A stretch of DNA of 64,000 nt from Eledone cirrhosa (Eukaryota). Numbering within the stretch: position 1 is the stretch's first letter; each line of letters opens with the position of its first letter. The DNA lies in assembly GCA_964016885.1 (NCBI GenBank), contig OZ024749.1, positions 36,394,001 through 36,458,000 on the forward strand, written 5' to 3'. The notes beneath the pieces were generated by a model. It was given only the letters and a program-made list of their open reading frames with translations. It made no database searches and had not been told where the DNA came from. Of the stretch, positions 15,428 to 28,466 are shown piece by piece. The position numbers and the translations under genes were made by a program.

Positions 15428-16164
15428 GGATATATATATACACATACACATAGCAATATATCCCAGTAATATTGCTCATTAATATGGATTGATAAAGCTG
15501 AGAAATAGATGATCTCTCATACTTTTTTTTAGTTTTTGTTGTCTTTATTTATATCTTCCATCCACCCATGCCATACCAACCTCATGCTCACATGCACAGT
15601 TAAACATGAACGCATGCTTGCATACACACATGTATTTAGAGAAGGATATGGTCTGATGTAACTTACCATACCATCATGGCTGTACAATGTTATGTAGTGA
15701 TGGTGGTGGTGGTGTGAGAGGGAGGGAATAGATAGACATTGATAGATGGATTGGTGGACAGGGAGCTAGGTGGGTGGTTAGGTGGGTGGTTAGGTAGATA
15801 GGTGGGTAGGTAGGTGGTTAGGTGGGTAGGTAGGTGGGTATGCGGTTAGGTAGATAGATAGGTGGTTAGGTAGATAGATAGGTGGTTAGGTAGATAGATA
15901 GGTGGGTAGGTAGGTGGTTAGGTAGATAGATAGGTGGGTAGGTAGATAGATAGGTGGGTAGGTAGGTGGTTAGGTAGATAGATAGGTGGTTAGGTGGTTA
16001 GGTAGATAGGTGGGTAGGTAGATAGATAGGTGGGTAGGTAGGTGGGTAGTTAGGTAGATAGATAGGTGGGTAGGTAGGTGGGTATGTGGTTAGGTAGATA
16101 GATAGGTGGTTAGGTAGATAGATAGGTGGTTAGGTAGATAGATAGGTGGTTAGGTAGATAGATA

Positions 16165-16635
16165 AGTTTCTTTTATTTGCCACTAGGGCATCAAAAGTGG
16201 GACAAGTACAAAGGGGGGAGTTTACACAAAAAGGCGTCCTCAATAAGGAGGAGGCAATAACAAAATATAAAAATAAAATAAGATATAACAAAAAATAAAA
16301 TTTTTAACAAAATCCTCAATAGAGAGGAGGCGCCTTCGGGGGTCGCACACACCCCAGAAAAAAGTGTGCAACCCTTCTCCTCAGGAGCACAGAGAAGGGG
16401 TGCTCCCTTGGTCTTTCATCTTCCTCACCTATAGTCTGATGTAGAGTGAAGGCCCATTCACACGGGCCATTCTCGCCACTTTCACCCATCTTTCATAGAA
16501 ACGGCTGGGGTGCAGCACCTCTCTCTCCATCCTGATCCTTCTTCCGAAATGATATCGGAAGAAACGGACCAGTTGTTGGCCAGAGAGAAAGGTGCCTGAC
16601 CTCAGTCCTTTCAGACGCGTCCACCATACAACCTC
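16165..16635 (-). mobile_element. L1/Tx1-like LINE 3' fragment inside a (GATA/GGTA)n satellite
   Basis: Open frame EVVWWTRLKGL...RIRMEREVLHPSRFYERWVKV...L*, 3'UTR with AATAAA, then (TATC)n. Confidence 0.65.
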
Positions 16636-17130
16636 TAGATAGATAGGTGGGTAGGTAGGTGGGTATGTGGTTAGGTAGATAGATAGGTGGTTAGGTAGAT
16701 AGATAGGTGGTTAGGTAGATAGATAGGTGGTTAGGTAGATAGATAGGTGGGTAGGTAGATAGATAGGTGGGTAGGTAGGTGGTTAGGTAGATAGATAGGT
16801 GGTTAGGTAGATAGATAGGTGGGTAGGTAGGTGGGTAGGTGGTTAGGTAGATAGATAGGTGGGTAGGTAGGTGGGTAGGTGGTTAGGTAGATAGATAGGT
16901 GGGTAGGTAGATAGGTGGGTAGATAGGTGGTTAGATAGATAGATAGGTGGTTAGGTAGATAGATAGGTGGGTAGGTAGGTGGGTAGTTAGATAGATAGAT
17001 AGGTGGGTAGGTAGATAGATAGGTGGGTAGGTAGGTGGGTAGTTAGGTAGCTAGGTGGGTAGGTAGGTAGATAGATAGGTGGGTAGGTAGATAGATAGGT
17101 GGGTAAGTAGGTGGGTAGGTAGATAGATAT

Positions 17131-17515
17131 GTTTCTTTATTAGCCACAGGGGCACAAAAGAAGGGGACAAATACAAAGGGGGAAGTTTACATACAATAAA
17201 AACGTGTAAAATGTTATCACAAATGCAATTTAAAAAGTTAGTCGATTTTGCCCAACAGGGGGAGACAGTTTATATGGGTAACACATACCCCCGAAAAAAT
17301 GTGCAATCCTCATCTCCAGGAGTACGAAGAGTTTGTACTCCTTTCCTCTCTTCCTCTTCCTTTTCCTCAACCTACAGGCTGATATAGAGAGAAGGCCCAT
17401 TCACTCGGGCCATTCTCGCCACTTTCACCCACCTTTGATAAAACTTGCTGGGGTACAGCACCTCTCTCTCCATCCTGATTCTTCTTCCAAAGTGCTATTT
17501 GAAAAAAAGAATCAG
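17131..17515 (-). mobile_element. Second, diverged Tx1-like 3' fragment in the same satellite
   Basis: Homologous to 16165-16635 (gggccattctcgccactttcaccca; cagcacctctctctccatcctgat). Confidence 0.65.
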
Positions 17516-17892
17516 GTGGCTAGGTAGATAGATAGATAGATGAGTAGGTAGATAAGTAGATAGATATTGATTGGTAGATAAATGGATAGATATAGAGATA
17601 GGCAGATAGAAAGACAGTTAGATAGATAGATAAACATGGATAGATAGACAGATAATTAGATACGGATTGACACAGGTAGATAAAGACAGATAAAGACAGA
17701 TAAATAGATAAGGATTGTCACAGGTAGAGAGAAATGGCAGGACATTCTCTGGAGTTTATTCTATTATCCTCCTACTTCCAGTAAACCATGTTATTGTAAC
17801 TTACTCCCTACTTTGGGAATTGTCTTGATAACCCACCACACACACATATATATATACCTGCATTCACACATGTCCCTACACATACCTACATA

Positions 17893-17937
<45 letters not shown>

Positions 17938-18229
17938 AGTGTGAGTTATAGACCCAGGAATATTAGACACATCAATCCCTATGTTCCTTCTATATTTTAC
18001 CCTCCCTCCCCCTCCAGACAACATTGCACTACATTACACCACCACCACCACCACCACCAGTCACCGCTACCACCACCACCAGTCACCACCACCACCACCA
18101 GTCACCACCACCACCACCATCTGTACTAGAGAAAAAACTATTACAGGTCAACATCAAGGGACGACACTAACAGTAAAGTGCTTTTATTATAGAATACATT
18201 AACAGGATCTCTTGAACATTGGTTTAGTG

Positions 18230-18850
18230 AGAGGGAGGTGGTGGTGACAGTGGTGGTGGTGGTGAGGTTTGTGGTGGTAGTGGTGGTGGTGGTGGTATCG
18301 TTTATGGTGACAGTAGTGGTGGTGGTGGTGAGGTTTTGGTAGTGGTGGTGGTGGTGGTGGTATCGTTTATGGTGACAGTAGTGGTGGTGGTGGTGGTGGT
18401 ATCGTTTATGGTGACAGTAGTGGTGGTGGTGGTGAGGTTTGTGGTGGTGGTGGTGGTGGTATCGTTTATGGTGACAGTAGTGGTGGTGGTGGTGAGGTTT
18501 GTGGTAGTGGTGGTGGTGGTGGTGGTGGTAGGACTGGTAGGAGTGGTATCGTTTATGGTGACAGTAGTGGTGGTGGTGGTGAGGTTTGTGGTGGTGGTGG
18601 TGGTGGTATCGTTTATGGTGACAGTAGTGGTGGTGGTGGTGAGGTTTGTGGTAGTGGTGGTGGTGGTAGGACTGGTAGGAGTGGTATCGTTTATGGTGAC
18701 AGTAGTGGTGGTGGTGAGGTTTGTGGTAGTGGTGGTATCGTTTATGGTGACAGTGGTGGTGGTGAGGTTTTTTGGTGGTGGTGGTGGTGGAAGTGGTAGG
18801 ACTAGTAGGAGTGGTATCGTTTATGGTGACAGTAGTGGTGGTGAAGGTTG
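18230..18850. repeat. TGG-rich minisatellite (gtatcgtttatggtgacagtagtgg core)
   Basis: About 9 recurrences. Confidence 0.88.
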
Positions 18851-19949
18851 TGGTAGGAGTGGTGCCATTTGTCATATCAGTGATGATGCTGGTGGTGGAG
18901 AGGTAGGTAGAGTGATGATGGGGAGGGGGGGTTAGAATTGGAAAAAATTGGCTGTCAATTTCCAGAGAGAATCTCCTGAAAATGGTGTGATATAAGAACT
19001 GTAGGTAAAGGATCCTTTATAATGGTCATATGAAACAGAACCATTAAGAAAAGAGTGAGGAGTTGGGTGGTATGGTGGTAGTGATGAGATGGGAAGAATT
19101 TGGATATTTCTGAATGTAAAAGGATCTGTTTCAACATAAACCACAGTTCATTCGTTGTTTATGACTTCTTAGAGAGATAGATTAGTGAAATCCTTTGATG
19201 GAATGGTTATTAAAGGCTGGTTCTGTTGTAAGACCATTCAACATGGAGATAGATTAGGAAATATCTTTGGAGAAATGTGATCAGTTTTTTTTTTTCTCTG
19301 AGAATCTGCCATTCCAGGAATCACTTCTCCAAATATTATTTCTTTTCTCCAAAAATTATTTCTTTTCTCCAAAAATATAGCTTCAATGTAAATATTGTAA
19401 TGTTAGTTCCATGTACAATGGACCTCCGTCAGTTCCGACTATCAAGTGTTCTATGTGTTTGATCAATGGAGAAGCAGCCTTTTGAAGTTTGTGTACAAGT
19501 GTCTGAGCATTCCACAGACGTGTGTGTGTATGTATGTGTGTGTGTGTTTGTATGTGTGTGTGTTGAACTTATGTTGGTTGGTTCTGACTGTGAGTGTTCC
19601 AGTTGTTTGATCAATGGACCAGCAGTCTTATGAACTTAATATACAAGTGGTTGAGTATTCCACAGACACAGTTGTGTGTATCCAAGCATAGGTGTATGTT
19701 GGTCCTCTATAACAGCAAATGTTCTAGTTCTTTTATCAACAGTCTGGTCATGAATCAAAATGCAAGTGGCAGAACATTCCACAAAAGTGTACTCTTGTGT
19801 ATTTCTCAGGGAGATTCAGTGTGGGAATATGTAGTGTTATTGATGTTGATTACAGGGGTAGCTGAAAACCTCAGTCCACTCAACTATGTATCTATTACCC
19901 TATGTACTGATGTTGTTGTTATTTATAAGGTATCCACCAATATCCCACA

Positions 19950-20700
19950 CCATGTATCTGCTACCCCTATCTTACCCAGAGTAGTGATATTATCAATGAT
20001 ATTTACAGGGGTATCAAGTAATACCCCACAGGTCACTATACTATGTATCTGCTACCCCTATCTTACCCAAAGTAGTGATATTATCAATGATATTTACAGG
20101 GGTATCAAGCAATACCCCACAGGTCACTATACTATGTATCTGCTACCCCTATCTTACCCAGAGTAGTGATATTATCAATGATATTTACAGGGGTATCAAG
20201 TAATACCCCACAGGTCACTATACTATGTATCTGCTACCCCTATCTTAACCAAAGTAGTGATATTATCAATGATATTTACAGGGGTATCAAGCAATACCCC
20301 ACAGGTCACTATACGATGTATCTGCTACCCCTATCTTAGCCAAAGTAGTGATGTTATCAATGATATTTACAAGGGTATCAAGCAATACCCCACAGGTCAC
20401 TATACCATGTATCTGCTACCCCTATCTTAGCCAAAGTAGTGATATTATCAATGATATTTACAGGGGTATCAAGCAATACCCCACAGGTCACTATACTATG
20501 TATCTGCTACCCCTATCTTACCCAGTGTAGTGTTGATATTGATGATGTTTACAGGGTTATCCACCAATACCCTATACTCAACCTTGCCATGTATCTGCTA
20601 CCCCTATCTTACCCAATGTAGTGGTGATGTATTTTACAGGGTTATCCACCAATACCCGACACTCACCCTACCACGTGTGTCTTACCTAATGTTGTTGTTG
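19950..20700. repeat. 91-bp minisatellite, about 8 units, abutting the PDZ1 acceptor
   Basis: Unit starts at 19981, 20072, 20163, 20254, 20345, 20436, 20527, 20618. Confidence 0.93.
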
Positions 20701-20713
20701 TTGTTATTTTCAG

Positions 20714-20838
20714 GGCAATACAGGATTGGGGTTCAGCATTGCTGGAGGTAGCGACAATCCCCACATTGGAGAAGACCCAAGTATCTACATCACCAAAATT
20801 ATACCTGGTGGAGCAGCTGCTGCTGATGGCCGGCTAAG
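20714..20838 (+). CDS. dlg1: Discs large MAGUK exon, PDZ1 first half ([42 protein letters not shown])
   Basis: ttttcag acceptor and AG|gtaaac donor; 125 nt, phase 0 to 2; GLGF loop and DNPHIG signature of Dlg/PSD-95 PDZ1. Confidence 0.96.
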
Positions 20839-21436
20839 GTAAACATTTCCACTCCTCTTTCTCCTCTTGTTGTTGTTGTTGTTGTTGTTGTTGTCATCGG
20901 TGGTGATGGTGATGGTGGTGGTCATGTGTTTTGTGAATAGCTACATCTCTTGTTTATCCAGAGTTTGCATTGTGTACACATTTCGACATACACACACACA
21001 CACACACACACTCACATGTGTGTGTGACAAAGGACTTTTGTCCGTCGTCGTGCCAAACCCTCCTCTACTTCCCCCTAAGCGTGATCCTAATAAGACTTTG
21101 TATGTTTTTGCATCCCTGTGTCTGTGTTATTTATTCAAATGCACACACACACACACACACAGAAAGAAAGTTAAATAGATAGGTGTAATCTTGACCATAA
21201 CACCAAGCCGAAACTGCTTGATGCTGCAGTCAGAATTATGCCCACTCTGCATGTCACCATGCATTGAGTACTCCCATGATTTGTGGTTGCTTCAGACTCA
21301 CACTCACACACTCTCTCTCTCTCTCTTATATATATATATATATATATATATATACGATATTAAAAACTTGTCAAGTGCTTTATATCAGTTATAAAATATT
21401 TACTTGTTGTATCCCAACAATTTTAAATAGAACTTT

Positions 21437-21601
<165 letters not shown>

Positions 21602-21985
21602 GCACATGGCTTAGTGGTTAGAGCATTGGCCTTGCAATCGAAAGGTTGTGAGTTCAATTCTCAGACCGGGTGATGTGTTGTTTCTTTGAGCAAGACACTT
21701 TATTTCACATTGCTCCAGTTTACTCAGCTGTAGAAATGAGATGATAGGGACTGAGGTTCTTATCATTCCACTGCAAAGTGGTCGTGTAGGTGCCACGGCA
21801 AAAAAGCACCCAGCACTCACTGTAAATGAGGTTGGTGTTAGGAAGGGCATCCAGCTGTAGAAATCAAGCCAGAATCAGTTCCCGTCCCACCCTTGCAAGC
21901 AGGGAAAAGCAGACGTAAAATGAAATGATGATGATGATGCATCCAGCCGTAGAAAGCCTGCCGGATTCAGTCCTTTACAAGCGAG

Positions 21986-22845
21986 ACATGGTCACCCGAT
22001 CAATCTTACCTCAAGTGAGACAATTCCCGTCTAACCCATGCTACTCTGGAAGATGGAAGTTAAACAATGACGATGATGCATGCATGCATGCATGCAGTTG
22101 ATTGAAAATCTCATGAGTCAAAGAGAATCAAACAACAAAACACTAAAAATCAACAAACATTTCTATACATAGATACATTCACAGTCTACCTCACTCCTCT
22201 AATAAACAGTTCCATATCTCAAAATCCCCTCACACTCTCCCCCTCCCCTAACTACCAGAATATCAAATACCATTGTCTTCAAAATAAAGAATTTCTAAAG
22301 TAACTATCTTTAAACCCATTTAATGATGTTTAAAATTTAAGCAGCTTGCAAATTTCTCTCTGGCATCAGAATATGCCAACATCTGTGGAATATTTTAATA
22401 TAACCACTTGGAAATACATGGTCACCCGATCAATCTTACCTCAAGTGAGACAATTCCCGTCTAACCCATGCTACTCTGGAAGATGGAAGTTAAACAATGA
22501 CGATGATGCATGCATGCATGCATGCAGTTGATTGAAAATCTCATGAGTCAAAGAGAATCAAACAACAAAACACTAAAAATCAACAAACATTTCTATACAT
22601 AGATACATTCACAGTCTACCTCACTCCTCTAATAAACAGTTCCATATCTCAAAATCCCCTCACACTCTCCCCCTCCCCTAACTACCAGAATATCAAATAC
22701 CATTGTCTTCAAAATAAAGAATTTCTAAAGTAACTATCTTTAAACCCATTTAATGATGTTTAAAATTTAAGCAGCTTGCAAATTTCTCTCTGGCATCAGA
22801 ATATGCCAACATCTGTGGAATATTTTAATATAACCACTTGGAAAT
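21986..22845. repeat. 430-bp direct tandem duplication
   Basis: 21986-22415 repeated at 22416-22845, apparently identical. Confidence 0.92.
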
Positions 22846-23665
22846 ACTTATGTAAGCAAAGAACATAGATAAGCAGACATTGCTTTCTCTCTCTCCTGTT
22901 CTCTTTCTCACTCTTCTCTTCTCTTCCTCTCTCTCTTCTCTTTCTCACTCTCCTCTTCTCTTTCTCACTCTTCTCTTTCTCACTCTTCTCTTCCTCTCTC
23001 TCCTATCTGTCTTTCTCTCTTCTCTTCTCTTTATCTCTCTCTTTCTCTCCCTCCTCTCTCTTCTCTCTCTCTTTCTCTCCCTCCTCTCTCTTCTCTTCTC
23101 TTTCTCTTCTCTCTCTCTTCTCTTTCTCCTCTCTCTGTCTCTCCATCATCTCTCTTCTCTCTCTTCCTCTTTCTGTCTCTCGATCATTCTCTCCTCACTA
23201 AAATATTCCCTGGCTTTAAAACAAAGAAAATAAAAAGGACAAATAATAGCTAAATGATAGATAAAAACAATAAAATGAAAGTCTATATTGAATTTCCTAA
23301 CCTAAATCTAGGGATCGTAACAGTTTGAGAGATTTATATTTACCGAAATATTTTAATAATAGCTATGGTTTCCGTCTTCTGTTTTCTCCAATTTTCTATC
23401 TTCTGTTTCTTTACAGAGTCAACAAATCCTTAATACTGCTTACTGGCTTTTCTGGATGTTTATAGTTCACACTCTGGAAAGCTAAAATATATTAATGTTT
23501 GTATATAAATAAGTGTGTGTGTGTGTGTTTGTGTATGTTTGTGTATGTATGTATGTATGTATGTCTGTATGTATGTATGTGTATGTATATATATATATAT
23601 ACATATACACATACAGATATGTATACATGTGTATGTATATGTTGATGTTTCTATATATGTTTGAA

Positions 23666-23717
<52 letters not shown>

Positions 23718-23788
23718 ATTGTGTGTGTATATGTAGATGTTTCTATATATATATATGTATATGTTTGTGTATCTATATATATACACAC

Positions 23789-23841
<53 letters not shown>

Positions 23842-26210
23842 CTTTTAAAACTAAAATAAAAATCAATCCAGTAATCATGTGATTGGAATTCCAGAGTTTT
23901 TACCATTTTCCATTCTGCTTTAAAAACAAAAACAACTTTATTTGATTGTTTTATTACTTTTTCTGTTTAACTATTATTTTTTTAATTTTGATTATAGATT
24001 TTTTTTTTTCATTTGGCTATGTTTGAATTTCTATTTAATTTTGGTTTATTTTCTCCCCTGTTGCTGTAGTAGTAGTAGTAGTAGTTGCAGAGGTGGTGGT
24101 GGTGGTAGTAGAGGTAGTAGTGGTGGTGGTAGTAGTAGTAGTGGAGGTGGTAGTGGTAATAGTAGTAGTAGGGGTGTGGTGGCTGTTACAGTGGTGGTGG
24201 TCTTGGTGGTTGTGGTGGTAGTAGTGGTGTGGTGTTTGTCACAGTGATGGTGGCCGTGGTGGTGGTGGTGATAAAGGTGGTAGTAGTAATAGTAGTGGTG
24301 ATAGAGATGGTAGTAGTAGTGTGGTGGTTGTCTTGATTGTGGTGGTGGTGGTGATGGTAATTGTGTTGGTGGGGTTGTAGTAGTCATAGTAGGAGTATTT
24401 ATAGTACCAGTCATAAATTTGATGGTAGTAGTGATGAGGGATTCCACTAGTAGTAGTAGTAGTAGCAGTGGAAGAATTAGTAGTTATGGTGGTGGAGGAG
24501 GGGTTGGAATATTAATATTAATGCTTGTGATAGTAAGAGTATTAGTAGGATTGCTAGTGAAGAAGTAGTAGTAGTAGATCTGGTATAATATCTTCTATAA
24601 GAACTATTCTCTCATTTAAACATGATTCACAACAGTGACTCCAATAGAAAAAAATAATGGTTGTTATTGCTCTCTGTTCTTCCTCTTTAGAATTGGTAAC
24701 ATGGCATTTAGACTGCCTTCTGTTAACCTCTTTGATACCAAACCACCTGAACCTGCTCCTGGGTCTAGAATAGAAAGTCATTTTTTCAAAATGTTTATAT
24801 TTGTTTAAAAACCTACCAAAATTTAATGTAAGAACCTTTATGTTCTAAGCTCCAATTTAATGGTAAAGTTTTATCTAAAAACTTTCCATCATAGTTTTAT
24901 GTAAATACCTGTTTAATTATGAGACCGTTTGTTATATGATTATTTCCATTAGAAATATGGTAATGAAAGGGTTAAAGTGTTTATATTTATCTGAAAAACT
25001 CCCATCATAATTCTGTGTAAGAACCTTTCAGTTATGTTCCAAACAGCAGCTTAATAATGAGAAAGTTTGTTATATTGCTAAATCACTCCAAATTCTTGAT
25101 TATTTTCAAAATTATATGAAAGCCTTAGGCAGCATCATTCATTAAAATTATGGTAACAAAAGGGTTAACGATGATCTGTGACCCCAGACTCTAGTCTTTG
25201 TAATGTAAAGAGACCCTTAATAGTATTTGTTCTTCCTCAGTAGAATCAGTAAGCTCCACTACATGACATCTCCCATGTTCTGTGACTCCAGTATTCTTGC
25301 TACATAAAATGCAGGTTGTTGTTATTTCTAGTCTTTTTAGAATTGGTTAAGTCTACTCTGTAGAACTTACCATGGTCTGTGAATTCAGATTGTCTGTTAT
25401 AAGAGTAACACTGTTAGTGATATATTTTCTAGCTTTGTAGAATCAGTCAGCTTTGCTGTGTAGCACTTATCACGGACTTCAATATTTCTGATGTAAATAC
25501 AAAGTTATTGCCATTTTGTTTTTCTTCTTTGGAATTGGTAAGCTCTGTTCTATGGTATTTTTCATGACCTGTCACTCCAGTCTCTTTGATGTAAAGAAAT
25601 GTAATTATTTATAATCGGTAGATGGATTGGCAGTATCGGTAGAGGGTCGGACGCCATGCTTTGACGCATAGAGTTACGGTCTTTGCCATTCTGAGTTCAA
25701 ATCCCGCCGAGGTTAACTTTGCCTTTCATCCTTACGGGGTCGATAAAATAAAGTACCAGTAATGCACTGGATAATTGCTGGCCTTGTGCCAAAAAGTAGA
25801 AACAATTATTTATAATCGGTAGAGGGTCGGACGCCATGCTTTGCAGCATAGAGTTACGTCCCTTTACGGTCTGAGTTCTACTACCACCACCACTACTGAT
25901 ACCGCCACTACTAATACCGCCTCTACCACTACTACCACCACTACCACCACTACTGATACTGCCACTACTAATACCACCACTGCCACTACTACTACTACCA
26001 CTACTACTACCACCACTACTACTACCACCACCGCCACTACTAATACCGCCACTACTACTTCTACCATTACTACTACCACCACCACCACTACAACTAATAC
26101 CGCTACTACTACTACTACTACTACTGCCACCACTACTATTACTACTACTACCACCACCAATACTGCCACTACTACTACTACTACTACCACCACCACCACA
26201 ACTAATACCG

Positions 26211-26244
<34 letters not shown>

Positions 26245-26443
26245 CACCACTACTATTACTACTACTACTACCACCAATACCGCTACTACTACTACTACTA
26301 CTACTACTGCTACCACTACTGATACCGCTACCACCACCACCACTACTACTACCACCACCACTACTACTACCACCACCACCACTACTACTACCACCACCAC
26401 CACAACTACTACTACTACCACCACCACCAGAACTAATACCGCC

Positions 26444-26483
<40 letters not shown>

Positions 26484-26546
26484 ATTACCTCTGAGAATGT
26501 TCTATGTGTCTCTCTAAACTTCAGTATATTTTGTGTGTTATTCCAG

Positions 26547-26649
26547 GGTTAATGATATCATTGTGAAGGTTAACGATGCCAACGTTGTGAACGTCTCTCA
26601 TCAAACTGCTGTTGAAGCACTGAAGAAGGCTGGTACCAGAGTTGTCTTG
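26547..26649 (+). CDS. dlg1: Dlg exon, PDZ1 second half (VNDIIVKVNDANVVNVSHQTAVEALKKAGTRVVL)
   Basis: ttccag acceptor, TTG|gtaagt donor; 103 nt, phase 2 to 0, in frame with previous exon; H..AVEALK alphaB helix. Confidence 0.95.
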
Positions 26650-26728
26650 GTAAGTCACCAATACCCGGCTCTCTTCCAAACACAGACTAACACAAACATA
26701 CATACTAATATACATATATATATATATA

Positions 26729-27105
26729 TACGATATTAAACAAATGGAAACTATATTTATAAAACCATATTTATTTCATAATATATATATTTCAGGGATA
26801 TCATATTAAAAATATGATATGCCTTCCTCAGACAAAATACAATATATAAGCCGTTTTATAAATAAATTTGACATACCTTAAAATAATGCAACTTCCATTT
26901 AAAAAGTTGATTTGGTAGTCAAATCAACTTTTTAAATGGAAGTTGCATTATTTTAAGGTATGTCAAATTTATTTATAAAACGGCTTATATATTGTATTTT
27001 GTCTGAGGAAGGCATATCATATTTTTAATATGATATCCCTGAAATATATATATTATGAAATAAATATGGTTTTATAAATATAGTTTCCATTTGTTTAATA
27101 TCGTA
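26729..27105. repeat. Apparently perfect inverted repeat, 186-bp arms, 5-nt loop
   Basis: 26729-26914 is the reverse complement of 26920-27105; same family as 4260-4468. Confidence 0.92.
26995..27062 (+). ncRNA. Hammerhead ribozyme motif H1, right arm of perfect inverted repeat (mirror copy on - strand at 26772-26839)
   Basis: CTGAGGA at 27003; stem II ATATCATATT/AATATGATAT; GAAA at 27041; palindromic TA stem III. Confidence 0.65.
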
Positions 27106-27213
27106 AACCTACTCCAAAACCTGTTGAGTGCTTTTATATCAGTTATAAAATATTTACTCGTTGTAACCCAACAATTTTAAATAAAACTTTTGCATATATA
27201 TATATATATATAT

Positions 27214-27608
27214 ATTATAAAATAACAGGAAGCTGGACTGGTGTAATTCCTTAAAAAGTTTATTATACTATGATCATTTCAATGACCGGGTTCAGTATGA
27301 ATCCGGTGACATCATCAGGTATTCGTAATATAATAAAGGAATATAATAGACAAAATCCATGGGGCTGAACCTCAGAGACATGAGGGCGACTGAACATTTA
27401 GCAACTTCTACCCCGGTCGGCTAAATGTTCGGTCGCCCTCATGTTTCTGATTTTCAATCCCTTGGGTTGTGTCTATTATATTCCTTTGTTATATTTTGAA
27501 TACCTGATGATGTCACTGGATTCATACTGAACCCGGTCATTGAAATGATCATAGTATAATAAACCTTTGAAGGAAGTACACCAGTCCAGCCTCCTGTTAT
27601 TTTATAAT
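27214..27608. repeat. Imperfect inverted repeat, ~190-bp arms, ~17-nt loop
   Basis: Centre tgaacatttagc...gctaaatgttc; right arm continues into sequence homologous to 3930-4117. Confidence 0.88.
27500..27557 (+). ncRNA. Hammerhead ribozyme motif family H2 (mirror copy on - strand at 27265-27322)
   Basis: ATAC-CTGATGA-stem II-GAAA; palindromic ATGATCAT stem III; ATA triplet; GTAT closes stem I. Confidence 0.68.
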
Positions 27609-27774
27609 AATTAACTCCGTACTCGCACCACCAACTACACAAACGTAGATGGGGGAGTTGCATTACGTTGAGTGCTCTCCCTAATATTACATCGAGGTTG
27701 ACCATACGGAATGACCAGTTCTATCCAGTGGTGAACCAACAAACCTAAATAAATAAATATATATATATATAGGT

Positions 27775-28010
27775 GTCACGACAAAAAAACACACAGTCCA
27801 CGCTGTAATGTGGCCGTGTTGGCAACACGGTAAAAACCTCCCAGCCCCACACTGTAAATGTGGTTGGTGTTAGGAAGGGCATCCAGCTGTAGAAAACCTG
27901 CCAGACAGTCCTATGCGAGCAAGACAATCACTCTTGCCTCAAGTGGGAAAACTCCCGTCCAAACCTATGCAAGTGTGGAACACGGACGTTAAACGATGAT
28001 GATGATGATG
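27775..28010 (+). mobile_element. Short RTE-tailed retroposon (copies 37605-37770, 40147-40318 on - strand, 49430-49690)
   Basis: gttggtgttaggaagggcatccagc..tagaaaacctgccagac and gacgttaaac(gat)n tail. Confidence 0.75.
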
Positions 28011-28041
<31 letters not shown>

Positions 28042-28110
28042 TATCCTGGGTTCAAACGAGGGTAACCAGAGTAAGTAAGGTACTCAATACATAGCAGAGT
28101 ATAAATATTT

Positions 28111-28228
28111 AATATAGAAATGGGTTCTACAGGACTAAAACTGTTTCATTCAGGAAAAATCATCAGGAAGCCCTGATGATTTCTCCCGAATGAAACAGTT
28201 CTAGTCCTATAGAAGCCATTTCTATATT
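28111..28228. repeat. Small fold-back element carrying a CTGATGA...GAAAC core (degenerate relative at 37978-38096)
   Basis: aatatagaaatgg...catcagg-aagc-cctgatg...ccatttctatatt. Confidence 0.75.
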
Positions 28229-28435
28229 TTATATATATATATCTGGGTCCTGTATTTTCGTTGCTCTGGTAATGCGGTCGGACTGCCGACCGCTATATCT
28301 GATTTGCTAAGCTGTTTGAACATAATGTTATTACTCTGGGGTCTTACCTCATCTGAGTGCTAAAGCTACAAACCGAATAAGCATACACGCTAGCTTGGCT
28401 GTATACTAGAGCTTCGTCTATGCTCTACTAAAATT

Positions 28436-28466
<31 letters not shown>

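Larger units (their letters stand above)
15730..17720. repeat. (GATA/GGTA/GGTG)n compound satellite
   Basis: Direct inspection. Confidence 0.92.

Noticed and set aside
18932-19144. 70-aa non-repetitive minus-strand ORF
   Set aside because: No recognisable domain or convincing splice pair; length expected by chance
19810-19857. tttctcag|GDSVWEY..., resembling the Dlg pre-PDZ1 segment
   Set aside because: Lacks the E.I.LER continuation, donor is weak, and the sequence merges into the 91-bp repeat; the true upstream exon was not found in the window
19950-20700. CRISPR-like regular array with palindromic units
   Set aside because: No unique spacers, eukaryotic intron, no cas genes
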